Assembly (NCBI GenBank): GCA_016839605.1
Contig: JAEOTX010000154.1
Coordinates: forward strand, 1 to 25,326
Length of the DNA: 25,326 nt
Reading direction: 5' to 3'
From: Candidatus Thorarchaeota archaeon
GTDB lineage: Archaea > Asgardarchaeota > Thorarchaeia > Thorarchaeales > Thorarchaeaceae
The translations under genes were made by a program, and so were the position numbers. This document shows positions 16,911-25,326 of the stretch, piece by piece (the stretch's first letter is position 1; every line of letters starts with the position of its first letter). Under the pieces are notes generated by a model. The model did not search any database. It had not been told where the DNA came from and saw only the letters and a program-made list of their open reading frames with translations.

Positions 16911-18245
16911 TCAGTTTTCCCTCCTGCTCTTAATTACTCGAAATAGCATAAAAGTGGCAACCCATCCCAAAATGACAATTATAGAAAGCAGGAAGAGAGT
17001 TTGTGGGAGCTCTTCTGCTGGAGAAGGATGCACTGTGACGATGACCTCATCATAAGCCGAGAGATAGAACCTATCAACAACATGGAGCTTTATCGTGTGG
17101 ACTCCCACGCTCAGATATGACACATCCAGCATTATGGTTGTCTCTTCAAGCCGTTCATCCTGCCAGTTGACACCATCGGTTATATAGTACCTGTCTGGAT
17201 TGACCTCCTCAACTTCCCAGACTAGGACGACTTCCGAATCACCTGAATTGAACTCGACATCCTCGGGGTGACTGAGTAATGGCGGATCGTTTTCGAGAAG
17301 TATGGGGTAGAGGTCCACTGAACCAGCACTGCCATTGATGGGCAGGGGCTGGCCTGGAGTAATATGCTTCCAGACATTACCTCCGTGCCAGGTGTATCCC
17401 CATCTGTTGTTAAACCCATCATCACGCGCCTGAGATTCATTATTGTCATAGATGTGATTGTAGGTGAATTGTGATTCTGAAGCATATGATTTGATTCCAA
17501 TTCTGTTATCTGTAAATGAATTAGTAATGAGCCAGAATACCTGACCATGGAGTTCAATCCCGGTCGACGAGTATGTGACAGTGTTGTTGAATGAGTGGAC
17601 CGTGTCTCCGCCAGAATAGGGATCTCCTTGGCTTGCTATTTTAATTCCAATTTCGGAACATCCAGAAACAAAGTTGTGTTCAACATAAACACCTTCTCCC
17701 TCAGATACGATGCCCCACTCACAATTTTGAATCACGGACTCGGCTACTCTATTAGATGAACCTGTAGCGTTGATTCCAGTTGAACAGTTAGTAATCTCAC
17801 AGCGAACGATGCGGGATCCATCGCCCTCAATTAATATACCAGTTGAGGAGCTAGAAATCTCACAGCTAACGATACCGCAATACCTCCCATCAAAGTAGAT
17901 GGCAGCCCCTTGTGCACCTGAAAGTCTGCATAGCCGGATTGTCACATAGATTTCATTTGGCATTGATACCGAGATACAATATCCACCACTAGGATTGAGA
18001 ATCTGATAGCCTTCAATTAGGTATGGGTCACTATGCGTTCCAGATCCCGGTAGCTCTAGTGAGGTGATGTTATCGGAGTGTGTTATATTGATTGGATCAT
18101 GTTGTGCGAATGAGATTGAGCTGATGTCATGAAGAGTTTCGCTACTTGGCGGAGCGGCTGCATATTGGACTGCCATAACATTCAGTAGAAGAAGCGTTGT
18201 GGCCAGAACAATACAGATTCTGGCCCGTTTCTTTGCATCTGTCAC
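16911..18245 (-). CDS. Secreted NosD/CASH-type beta-helix protein with C-terminal membrane anchor
   Basis: PGSGTHSDPYLIEG, repeated C.I..C..GI beta-helix repeats, GNVW, GSVDLYP and a C-terminal TM. Same family as 1411-2793. Confidence 0.85.
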   Translation of the reverse strand: MTDAKKRARICIVLATTLLLLNVMAVQYAAAPPSSETLHDISSISFAQHDPINITHSDNITSLELPGSGTHSDPYLIEGYQILNPSGGYCISVSMPNEIYVTIRLCRLSGAQGAAIYFDGRYCGIVSCEISSSSTGILIEGDGSRIVRCEITNCSTGINATGSSNRVAESVIQNCEWGIVSEGEGVYVEHNFVSGCSEIGIKIASQGDPYSGGDTVHSFNNTVTYSSTGIELHGQVFWLITNSFTDNRIGIKSYASESQFTYNHIYDNNESQARDDGFNNRWGYTWHGGNVWKHITPGQPLPINGSAGSVDLYPILLENDPPLLSHPEDVEFNSGDSEVVLVWEVEEVNPDRYYITDGVNWQDERLEETTIMLDVSYLSVGVHTIKLHVVDRFYLSAYDEVIVTVHPSPAEELPQTLFLLSIIVILGWVATFMLFRVIKSRREN

Positions 18246-18285
18246 TCAGCTCACCATTATCAACATTATGACCTCATTTCGATAT

Positions 18286-18312
18286 TATTCTAATCCTAGA
18301 GAGATTAGAATA
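18286..18312. promoter_or_regulatory. 10-bp inverted repeat between divergent genes
   Basis: TATTCTAATC-7 nt-GATTAGAATA. Confidence 0.4.
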
Positions 18313-18409
18313 TAGCATTGCAGAGGCGCTTTGCGTCCACATTTAATTTATCTGCGATTTTATCAAATAGTATCTATTCAGGAATGCTGTATTTCTAGGT
18401 GGACAATGG

Positions 18410-18964
18410 ATGAAGAGCTGGTTTGGTCCTCGAACAGTGTACATAGACTGTTATGAGGCATTGGGATTTCATGAAGAGAACTACGAGCGAATCATGATTG
18501 TCATGTCTGCCATAGGTTCATCCAATCTTCTATACCGCGAATGGTTGTCCGGTCGAAATGGAGGAGGAAGGGTGAGAACACTGCGTTGTGCCTTTGAAAC
18601 CGATTTAGATCCAGTACAAGTGAAAATCATGATGCTGGGTCTGCAGTATTTAGAATCCAGTGATGTTCCGAGGGATGTGGAAACTGAAGATCATACAGGA
18701 TTATTTCGTTTTGCGAGCTTTGATGTGTTTGAGGTTAAGGAATCAGAGTATGAAGAGAAAGGTCGACTGCGAAGAATGCTGAAGCGACCTGAAACGAAGA
18801 TAGAGATGGATGATTTAGAAGTCATAGGAAATCATTCTGTCTTCTTTGTAGCATGTAGGAAGCGCCTAATTGGGAGTATCGATGACTCATCACGACAAAA
18901 GCTGCTCAATATCGAACAGCAGATTCTTGAGAAACTACAAGCTGAAGAAGCCATAGCACATTGA
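18410..18964 (+). CDS. Hypothetical protein
   Basis: 184-aa ORF with an AGGTGGA RBS-like sequence upstream; no recognised motif. Confidence 0.7.
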   Translation: MKSWFGPRTVYIDCYEALGFHEENYERIMIVMSAIGSSNLLYREWLSGRNGGGRVRTLRCAFETDLDPVQVKIMMLGLQYLESSDVPRDVETEDHTGLFRFASFDVFEVKESEYEEKGRLRRMLKRPETKIEMDDLEVIGNHSVFFVACRKRLIGSIDDSSRQKLLNIEQQILEKLQAEEAIAH

Positions 18965-19462
18965 CAAATTGCTAGTTACTACATGCGCGGGTAGGTGAAT
19001 TTACGTCCGTTTCCTGAAGAATAGAATAAAGGCACAACCCAAGCCGTTCTGAGTATGATGGGGGACATCTCTTCTTTAGCTGATATGGGAATTTAGAGAG
19101 TTTGGCAATGATTCCATATTAAGTTACGAACTCGGCATCAATTTCCGAACTTGCTCCTTCGATTTCTTGCTATTTCGCAGGGTCCAAGTGTAAAAACAGG
19201 AAACTGGTGGCTAACGCCAATTGATATGCATTCTATGTGGCATAAAGCGTGGTGTTAGAAAGTTGGCATTCGCTAAGATTCGTCGGAAACCCAAGCCTGA
19301 GCCCTCCTTTGAAGAACATGAGCGTCTGAAGACAAGCATGAGGGTTGAGATGTACAGAGTTTCTTTCCGGAGGTAGAAATCCTGTCGCTAATTATGCGCT
19401 GGGATTCAAATTCTCTCCTTTCGGCCGTGCCAAAGGCGCGGCCCTTCTCCTTTTTCAAGTGA

Positions 19463-20086
19463 CTATTTCCAATCGATCTTGCTAAGTAGCGATTTCAGTG
19501 CAAGCGGTGGTTTCACTTTCTTGAGTTTGGCAATCACTGTCAGGTTCACATTTGGATCCAAGCCCAGTTTGATAAGATTTCGACAATGATAGAGGGGGGA
19601 CAAATCCACAGAACTAATTTCATTCTTTGTGAGGGTGAGATTCCGAAGCTTTTTGCATTTACTAAGCGGTGCGAACTCAATACTCTCGAGCTTGTTCTCA
19701 TAAAGATGAAGTGCCTTGATTTCGGAGCACTGCTTTAATGGAGTCAGGTCAATCGTACGCAATTTATTGAAGGAGAGATCCAGATGCATCAGATTGGTAC
19801 ATCCCTCGAGAAATGATAGATCGATTGTGTCGAATTGGTTTCCGCCTAGGGAGAGTTCAACTAGTGTCGAACATCCCTTCAGCTTAGAAAGGTCGATTGC
19901 TTGTATCTCATTCCCCGAGAGGGTCAGAACCTCGAGGTTAGGAAACTGGTCAAGTGAGGACAGATCCGTTGTGGCAATTCTTCTGTCACTGAGGTCAATC
20001 TCCGTGGCACTTGAATCAAAACGTTCCACAACCTTGCCTCCCTTCTTGGTCTCGCTCCAAATAGTAATCTCGTCCATTAGCGACAA
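19463..20086 (-). CDS. Leucine-rich repeat protein
   Basis: About 6 repeats of 22 aa, LxxLxLxxNxI/LxxIDLxxLxxC. Confidence 0.92.
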   Translation of the reverse strand: MSLMDEITIWSETKKGGKVVERFDSSATEIDLSDRRIATTDLSSLDQFPNLEVLTLSGNEIQAIDLSKLKGCSTLVELSLGGNQFDTIDLSFLEGCTNLMHLDLSFNKLRTIDLTPLKQCSEIKALHLYENKLESIEFAPLSKCKKLRNLTLTKNEISSVDLSPLYHCRNLIKLGLDPNVNLTVIAKLKKVKPPLALKSLLSKIDWK

Positions 20087-20139
20087 ATCCTAGGGGTGCG
20101 TACGTGTTCTCCACTTAATAACTACGATTGCAGGCTCAG

Positions 20140-20958
20140 CTATCCCTTAGGAGGGACTTCAGCCTTCATTCTGTATAGCCGGTGATGCTGCTTGTATCCT
20201 CGCTCTTCACAGAGCTCAGCTAGATTCTCATTGTCAGTAAATGTCAGCCGAACGTAGTCATATTCCAGCAAACTATATTCTTCTAGACCAGAAATGAAGT
20301 CATCAATGCCATCAAGGTTGTCAATTCGAAACGGCATACATCCTGGGAATGTAGGAGTAAACCGACACGCTCCAACAATATCCGATTCCTTATTCTTTAG
20401 CACCAAGACATGGTATTCCTCCGATTCGAGAAACCGTCTTATCTGGGCGGCAGGAAGGTAGTCGTGATATTTCAGGCCAACGAGATCGATTTCATCCTCT
20501 TGAATTGAGTCGCATCTGTAGTTCCCGGTAGGAGCTATTGTCTTGAATGGAACAAAGTAATGCCAAGTAGTTCCAATTATTTCAAATCCGAATTTCTTGT
20601 AGAGATGCTGGGCATGCTTGTTATTGTCCTGTGTATAGAGTATAGCTTGAGCAAGATTCTCGTTTCGAAACCAATCGATGGCATATTCCATTAGTCTAGC
20701 GCCTAAACCTTGATTCTGCATGGTCTTAGCAACAGCTATCCTCCCAAGATGTCCTGCATCTTCTCCGAACTTAGAAACAGCGAGCATTCCTATGATTCTG
20801 CCATCTGATTCGAGAACAAAGAATGATTCATGTGAGATAATCCTAAGAAACGACTCACGGTCAATCCGATCATCTGGAAATAGTTCGGCATCGATTGTCT
20901 CGAATTCAGGCCAGTCTTCCTCTCTGATGAGCCTGATTCTTAATTCGTTTCCAAGCAA
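20140..20958 (-). CDS. GNAT family N-acetyltransferase
   Basis: IAVAKTMQNQGLGARL (motif A) and NKHAQHLYKKFGF (motif B); GGAGG RBS. Confidence 0.92.
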   Translation of the reverse strand: MLGNELRIRLIREEDWPEFETIDAELFPDDRIDRESFLRIISHESFFVLESDGRIIGMLAVSKFGEDAGHLGRIAVAKTMQNQGLGARLMEYAIDWFRNENLAQAILYTQDNNKHAQHLYKKFGFEIIGTTWHYFVPFKTIAPTGNYRCDSIQEDEIDLVGLKYHDYLPAAQIRRFLESEEYHVLVLKNKESDIVGACRFTPTFPGCMPFRIDNLDGIDDFISGLEEYSLLEYDYVRLTFTDNENLAELCEERGYKQHHRLYRMKAEVPPKG

Positions 20959-20973
20959 GCTGATTCCTCCTGG

Positions 20974-21090
20974 TCACCCCATGATGATTATAGCAAGCAT
21001 TCCAACCATGAATATTATGAAGACGATAAATCAAAGACAGGTCCTCGTAGCAGATCGTGGATAGTCATCTTCCTCTCCATAGTCGTACAT
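20974..21090 (-). pseudogene. Small single-TM protein ORF with an in-frame TGA
   Basis: Manual translation MYDYGEEDDYPRSATRTCL*FIVFIIFMVGMLAIIIMG*; the internal TGA is at 21031-21033. Confidence 0.45.
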
Positions 21091-21164
21091 ACTAATCGCC
21101 TGAACTCGTGTGAGATTACTAAGTCATACTCTTCAGTCTATTGTCAGTCACAGACGTTGTATGA

Positions 21165-21692
21165 CTATGAGAGTCTGAGCTTGAACACCTTCTCAAACTT
21201 GTCAAGTTTTGGTCGTATCACATAACGGCAGTATTGCTGGTTGGGATTGTTCTTGAAATAATTTTGATGATAGTCTTCTGCCCTATAGAACTTGGTGAAG
21301 GGAACTATCTCGGTAACCACAGGATTCTTCCAAGCTCCGCTCGCATCAATTTTGGCCTTGAAGCGCTCTGCTGCATCCTTCTGCGCTTCAATATGATAGA
21401 AGATAGCAGAACGATACTGAGTGCCTTTGTCATTCCCCTGGCGATTGAGTGTTGTAGGGTCATGGGTTTCAAAGAACACCTCAAGGAGATCTTCGAATGT
21501 GATCTGCTCTGGATCATATTCTATCTGACATGCTTCAGCATGGCCGGTTTTTCCTGAGAGGACATCATTGTAGGTAGGATTGTCTGTATGTCCGCCTGTG
21601 TAGCCTGATACCACTGAGGCTACGCCCTTGAGCTGCTGAAACACTGCTTCTACACACCAAAAGCAACCAGCTGCTAACGTTGCAGTTTCCAT
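21165..21692 (-). CDS. msrA: Peptide-methionine (S)-S-oxide reductase MsrA
   Basis: GCFWC active site, TGHAE, HDPTTLNRQGND.GTQYRS, AEDYHQNY. Start is ATG 21692 or 21707. Confidence 0.97.
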   Translation of the reverse strand: METATLAAGCFWCVEAVFQQLKGVASVVSGYTGGHTDNPTYNDVLSGKTGHAEACQIEYDPEQITFEDLLEVFFETHDPTTLNRQGNDKGTQYRSAIFYHIEAQKDAAERFKAKIDASGAWKNPVVTEIVPFTKFYRAEDYHQNYFKNNPNQQYCRYVIRPKLDKFEKVFKLRLS

Positions 21693-21755
21693 GAGGTATC
21701 CAAGCATCTAATGCAAATCAATAGCTGCAAAGAGGCACAACATGAATTCTGGCAG

Positions 21756-22190
21756 TCAATCTGTTTGTCTTAATCTGAACCAGTGTTCGATGAAGAGGAT
21801 GCCTAAGAGGAGATCACCTGCAACGAAACCGACTACTAAGATGGACGCCTCCCCGATGATGAAATAGAAGAGACCCACGATGAATATCGTGACTTTCTCA
21901 AATATCACAACTGGAATGAAACTCTGACTGATTTCATAGTTGATACTGATAGCATAGAGGAGAAGTCCCACTACGAATACGAGGAGGAAGAAAGAATCAG
22001 CCCATAACAACGTTGGAGGGGGAGGAACGTCACCAGCCAGCGAAAAATAGCCAATGTCGATTCTGGGGAGAACAATGAAAGATACTGCTAGAACCCAATT
22101 CCATATAGCTGCAATCTTGAACAATAAATTGTGGTATCGCTCTCTGTCCATAGAGTTCACACCTTTACAGCTTTTCGACATATCAAGCAT
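21756..22190 (-). CDS. Hypothetical membrane protein (4 TM)
   Basis: Four hydrophobic segments; start uncertain. Confidence 0.75.
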   Translation of the reverse strand: MLDMSKSCKGVNSMDRERYHNLLFKIAAIWNWVLAVSFIVLPRIDIGYFSLAGDVPPPPTLLWADSFFLLVFVVGLLLYAISINYEISQSFIPVVIFEKVTIFIVGLFYFIIGEASILVVGFVAGDLLLGILFIEHWFRLRQTD

Positions 22191-22203
22191 ATAACTCCGA
22201 CGA

Positions 22204-23500
22204 CCGTTCCCCGAAACCTAGACAATCCTGGACATCACTGCCCAAGACTGATGTTCGGTTCCTGCTTCGCCAAGGTCTGCATCGTGATTCCAGAAGAATC
22301 GCGATGGCTTACATCCTCTCCACAGGCAGTTAGAGTCTCCGGCAAACTGACGGTGACTAGATTCAGTGCGGCATTCAAATCCCGGTCTATCCGAATTCCA
22401 CACGTTTCACAATGATACTCTCTTTCTGAGAGAAGAAGTCCATCCTTCTTGTGTCCACAGCTGGAACATCTCTTTGACGAGGGAAATACCCGGGGAGCGA
22501 TGATGAGCTGTGAGCCGTACCACGTGCATTTGTACTCAAGTTGCCTTCTGAACTCATACAATCCCACATCTGCTATAGCTCTTGCCAACCTTCGATTCTT
22601 CATCATTCCTGACACGTTCAGGTCTTCGATCACTATCTTGCTGTGGCTCTTGGCAAGATAGGTCGTCAGCTTATGAAGAGTGTCATGTCTGATGTTAAAG
22701 ATCTTAAGATGCATCTTAGCTAGTCTGAGCTTTGCTTTCTCACGGTTTCTACTTCCTCTCTCTTTTCGTGATAGACTCTTTGACAGTCTTCTAAGTTTCT
22801 TGAGCTGTCTTCCTAAAGCTCGAGGATTTGGAAAGGTTGTACGGGTGGAGAGGGTTGCCAGGGTCTTGACCCCAAGGTCTACTCCTACTGCCTCTCTTCT
22901 GATAGGTCCTGGATCTGCAACTTCTTCTCTTACAGTGATTGACACAAACCATCGGTCAGCTCGCCTTCGTATTGTAGCAGAGAGGATTCGACCACTATGA
23001 TATGTTTCTCTCTTCTCCTTGATTCGGATCGCTCCAAGACGCGGGAGCTGGATTCTTCTTCCCTTAAATCGAATAGTCCCAGTCAGTCTAAAACTGTCCT
23101 TCACACCCTTCCTTTTGAAACGAGGGAAGCCAACCTTGTTTCCCGACTTCAATCCCCGATAGAAGTTTTTGAAGGCTCTGTCAAGGTCTCTCAGTGCTTC
23201 TTGGGGCGCACACTTGGAGCATTGATACATCCAGGGAAACTGACTCTTTTTCAGGCGGTTCAACAGCTTGTGTTGTTTCATAGCATCTGTGAATCGTTCA
23301 TCTCCCTGATTTGCCCTGTATGACTTGATTCTCTGCTCAAGACCCCAGTTGTAGGCAAAACGAGCGACTCCAGCATGTTGAAGAAGAGAGCTCCTCTGGC
23401 AGTTGTTGGGGTCTAACTCGTATCGGTAGGCCTTGTGGACCAACATCAGAGTATAGTCTTGATAGGTCAATAAAAGGACATACCAATCCAATAGCAGCCC
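22204..23500 (-). mobile_element. Stand-alone tnpB insertion element (no tnpA); boundaries approximate
   Basis: tnpB with a typical 3' region (GCCTGTGGAGAG...GAAGCAGGAA...GGTTTCGGGGAACGG on the minus strand); no transposase ORF adjacent. Confidence 0.65.
22235..23446 (-). CDS. tnpB: RNA-guided endonuclease TnpB (IS200/IS605/IS607 OrfB)
   Basis: N-terminal KAYRYELDPN..ARFAYNW; GFPRFK; RuvC residues GVDLG, IEDL and DRDLNAA; zinc ribbon CSSC..CETC. ATG 23446 is preferred. Confidence 0.96.
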   Translation of the reverse strand: MLVHKAYRYELDPNNCQRSSLLQHAGVARFAYNWGLEQRIKSYRANQGDERFTDAMKQHKLLNRLKKSQFPWMYQCSKCAPQEALRDLDRAFKNFYRGLKSGNKVGFPRFKRKGVKDSFRLTGTIRFKGRRIQLPRLGAIRIKEKRETYHSGRILSATIRRRADRWFVSITVREEVADPGPIRREAVGVDLGVKTLATLSTRTTFPNPRALGRQLKKLRRLSKSLSRKERGSRNREKAKLRLAKMHLKIFNIRHDTLHKLTTYLAKSHSKIVIEDLNVSGMMKNRRLARAIADVGLYEFRRQLEYKCTWYGSQLIIAPRVFPSSKRCSSCGHKKDGLLLSEREYHCETCGIRIDRDLNAALNLVTVSLPETLTACGEDVSHRDSSGITMQTLAKQEPNISLGQ

Positions 23501-23583
23501 AAAGATGAATTTGATGAATGTCTAGGGTCTATGCGTAGTTCAATGCCCTTTCTCAGAGTAAGGAAGTTCCTATATGGGGAGGT

Positions 23584-24753
23584 GTGTTTTCGCTCGCTAT
23601 GCGAGTCAAGCCGAATTATACTGGTGAAGGTATTGTGAATCTGATGAGTTCCATTGCCTCAGCAGTTGGAACAAAGAGTCCATATCCAGAGATGGCAAAT
23701 GACTGGCTCTCTGGAATAGAGGACTCCAAGAACATTGTTCTGATGGCCGTGGATGGTCTAGGGTATGAGTACCTCTTGAACCAGGGAAAAGATACTGTAC
23801 TTGCATCATCAGCACAGGGCTCTCTCACCTCAGTGTTCCCGCCATCCACAGGTTCTGCAATCACGACTTTCATCACGGGATTGCCTCCACAGCAACATGC
23901 CATAACGGGCTGGTACGTCTTTCTGAAGGAATATGGGATGATGTCGCGCATTCTCCCCTTCACAAGTGTTGTTGATTGGAATGTGCTGGACACAGATATT
24001 GCCTACGTAGTCAATGTTGAATCACTCTTCTGGGAGATCGAACGGGAGCGCTTTGTGGTAGCCGGGAAGCAGATTGTTGACTCAGCATTCTCACAGTACA
24101 CGATAGGCCACTCAGCCAAGAGAATCGGATATGAAGGACTTCGGAACTTTTTCGAGTGTGTGGAAAAGGCAATTGCGGTAGGCGAGAGACCTAGCTATAT
24201 CTACTCCTATTGGCCAGAGCTTGACTCAATTGCTCACATTCTTGGCATAGAGAGCGTTGAGGCACGTGATCATCTTCAGGCCTTTGACCAAGCTCTAAAG
24301 GAATTCATTGAGAGGATTGAAGGTACAGACACTACGCTCATTATTACAAGCGACCACGGCTTGCATGACGTGAACCCTGAGGGCCTTATCAAGACTGGTG
24401 ACCACCCTGAATTGATGGAGTCCCTCACCCTCCCGCTTTGCGGAGACACGCGATCCGTCTACTGCTATGTGCGACCGTCATATATCAGGAAATTCGAGGA
24501 TTACGTCAACTCAGAACTCGGACATGCCTGCACGATTCACGAGAGTGAGGATCTAGTAAACGACAACTGGTTTGGCCTATATGAAGCAAACCCGATGCTA
24601 TCCGACCGAGTAGGAGATTATACGTTGCTTTTCAACAATGGGTATGCAATCCTCAACAGCTTCCCCGGGCAAGAACCTCCAGCTCTTCTAGGTCATCATG
24701 GAGGCACATCCAGTGAAGAGATGAATGTGCCGCTCATTGTCATCAACAGATAA
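23584..24753 (+). CDS. Alkaline phosphatase superfamily protein (type I phosphodiesterase / nucleotide pyrophosphatase)
   Basis: VDGLG, SVFPPST, TG..P.QH.ITGW, ELDSIAH, TSDHG and GHHGG motifs. The start may be ATG 23599. Confidence 0.92.
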   Translation: MFSLAMRVKPNYTGEGIVNLMSSIASAVGTKSPYPEMANDWLSGIEDSKNIVLMAVDGLGYEYLLNQGKDTVLASSAQGSLTSVFPPSTGSAITTFITGLPPQQHAITGWYVFLKEYGMMSRILPFTSVVDWNVLDTDIAYVVNVESLFWEIERERFVVAGKQIVDSAFSQYTIGHSAKRIGYEGLRNFFECVEKAIAVGERPSYIYSYWPELDSIAHILGIESVEARDHLQAFDQALKEFIERIEGTDTTLIITSDHGLHDVNPEGLIKTGDHPELMESLTLPLCGDTRSVYCYVRPSYIRKFEDYVNSELGHACTIHESEDLVNDNWFGLYEANPMLSDRVGDYTLLFNNGYAILNSFPGQEPPALLGHHGGTSSEEMNVPLIVINR

Positions 24754-24921
24754 GGACCACTTTTTGTAGGTGCTTAAAAGGGTCCAAAAGGACGTGTATT
24801 TGATGTGATGAGCCCGGTGTCATGGGGTTGTAGGCTGTCCCTTGTTGTCACCGGGTCTCTCCTCCTAATTCTCTAATTCCTCAACTGGCATAGCTCAAAC
24901 GAAAAAAGATAACGAACTGTT

Positions 24922-25326
24922 CTACAAGAGGACCTGCATCTCTTTTGCAGTTTCCATGTTCCTCTTGACAACATCAAGTTCGGGGTCAAGTTCCAAGGCG
25001 CGTTTATAGCACTCTACAGAACGAGTGACATCTCCTTTCTCTCTGAAAGCAACTCCCAGATTATTCCAACCACGAGGATCATTGGGTGATAGTTCAGTAT
25101 ACTTTTCAAGTACCGGTATCGCGTCAGCCCATCTATCAAGGAACCAGAGGGCGGTTCCATACTTAAACAGGATATCTGGTTGCTTCCTTCTGACTGATAG
25201 GCTAGGCTCAAAGAACTCCGCTGCTCTCACATAGTTCTGAGCTTCATAGCAGAGATTCCCAACAGCATTGAGTGAACTAACAGCTCTTGGATTCAGGTCT
25301 ATAGCTGCATTAAGACTCGTACAAGC
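24922..25326 (-). CDS. TPR protein, C-terminal part (start outside the window)
   Basis: The frame is open to the window edge; TPR consensus WNNLGVAFREKGDVTRSVECYKRALELDP. Confidence 0.9.
   Translation of the reverse strand, partial: ACTSLNAAIDLNPRAVSSLNAVGNLCYEAQNYVRAAEFFEPSLSVRRKQPDILFKYGTALWFLDRWADAIPVLEKYTELSPNDPRGWNNLGVAFREKGDVTRSVECYKRALELDPELDVVKRNMETAKEMQVLL

Noticed and set aside
19183-19216. Possible highly eroded ninth rps19-tail copy (ccaagtgtaaaaacaggaaactggtggctaac)
   Set aside because: Only AAACAGG and TGGC match, the frame is not preserved, and it cannot be distinguished from chance by eye.
24754-24786. Imperfect hairpin GGACC-ACTTTT...AAAAG-GGTCC after the phosphodiesterase gene
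   Set aside because: A weak stem; it could be a terminator but support is insufficient.

Overview
Archaeal DNA, most likely Asgard and possibly Thorarchaeota-like. This is inferred from an archaeal-type uS19, GGTGA ribosome-binding sites and an OSTC/DC2-like (OST3/OST6 family) gene. The left flank has a phosphohexomutase fragment, a TPR gene and a stand-alone rps19 (uS19, 905-1315). The main feature is an array of about 15 kb starting at the rps19 stop codon. The last ~24-29 codons of rps19 recur 8 more times as same-strand direct repeats (2829, 4033, 7225, 8953, 9918, 10867, 13899, 15890), and each repeat closes a 0.9-3.2 kb cassette of 1-4 genes. The cargo is mostly secreted, C-terminally anchored surface proteins and membrane proteins. 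Proximal copies differ from the gene almost only at silent sites, distal copies are decayed, and the tail of the functional gene has anomalous codon usage. This points to repeated, polarised integration of gene cassettes into the 3' end of an essential ribosomal protein gene, with no integrase visible in the window. A second, unrelated gene-tail-like repeat (ERVTGPQAG) lies inside two composite cassettes. The right flank has an LRR protein, a GNAT, msrA, a stand-alone tnpB element, an alkaline-phosphatase-family gene and a TPR fragment.
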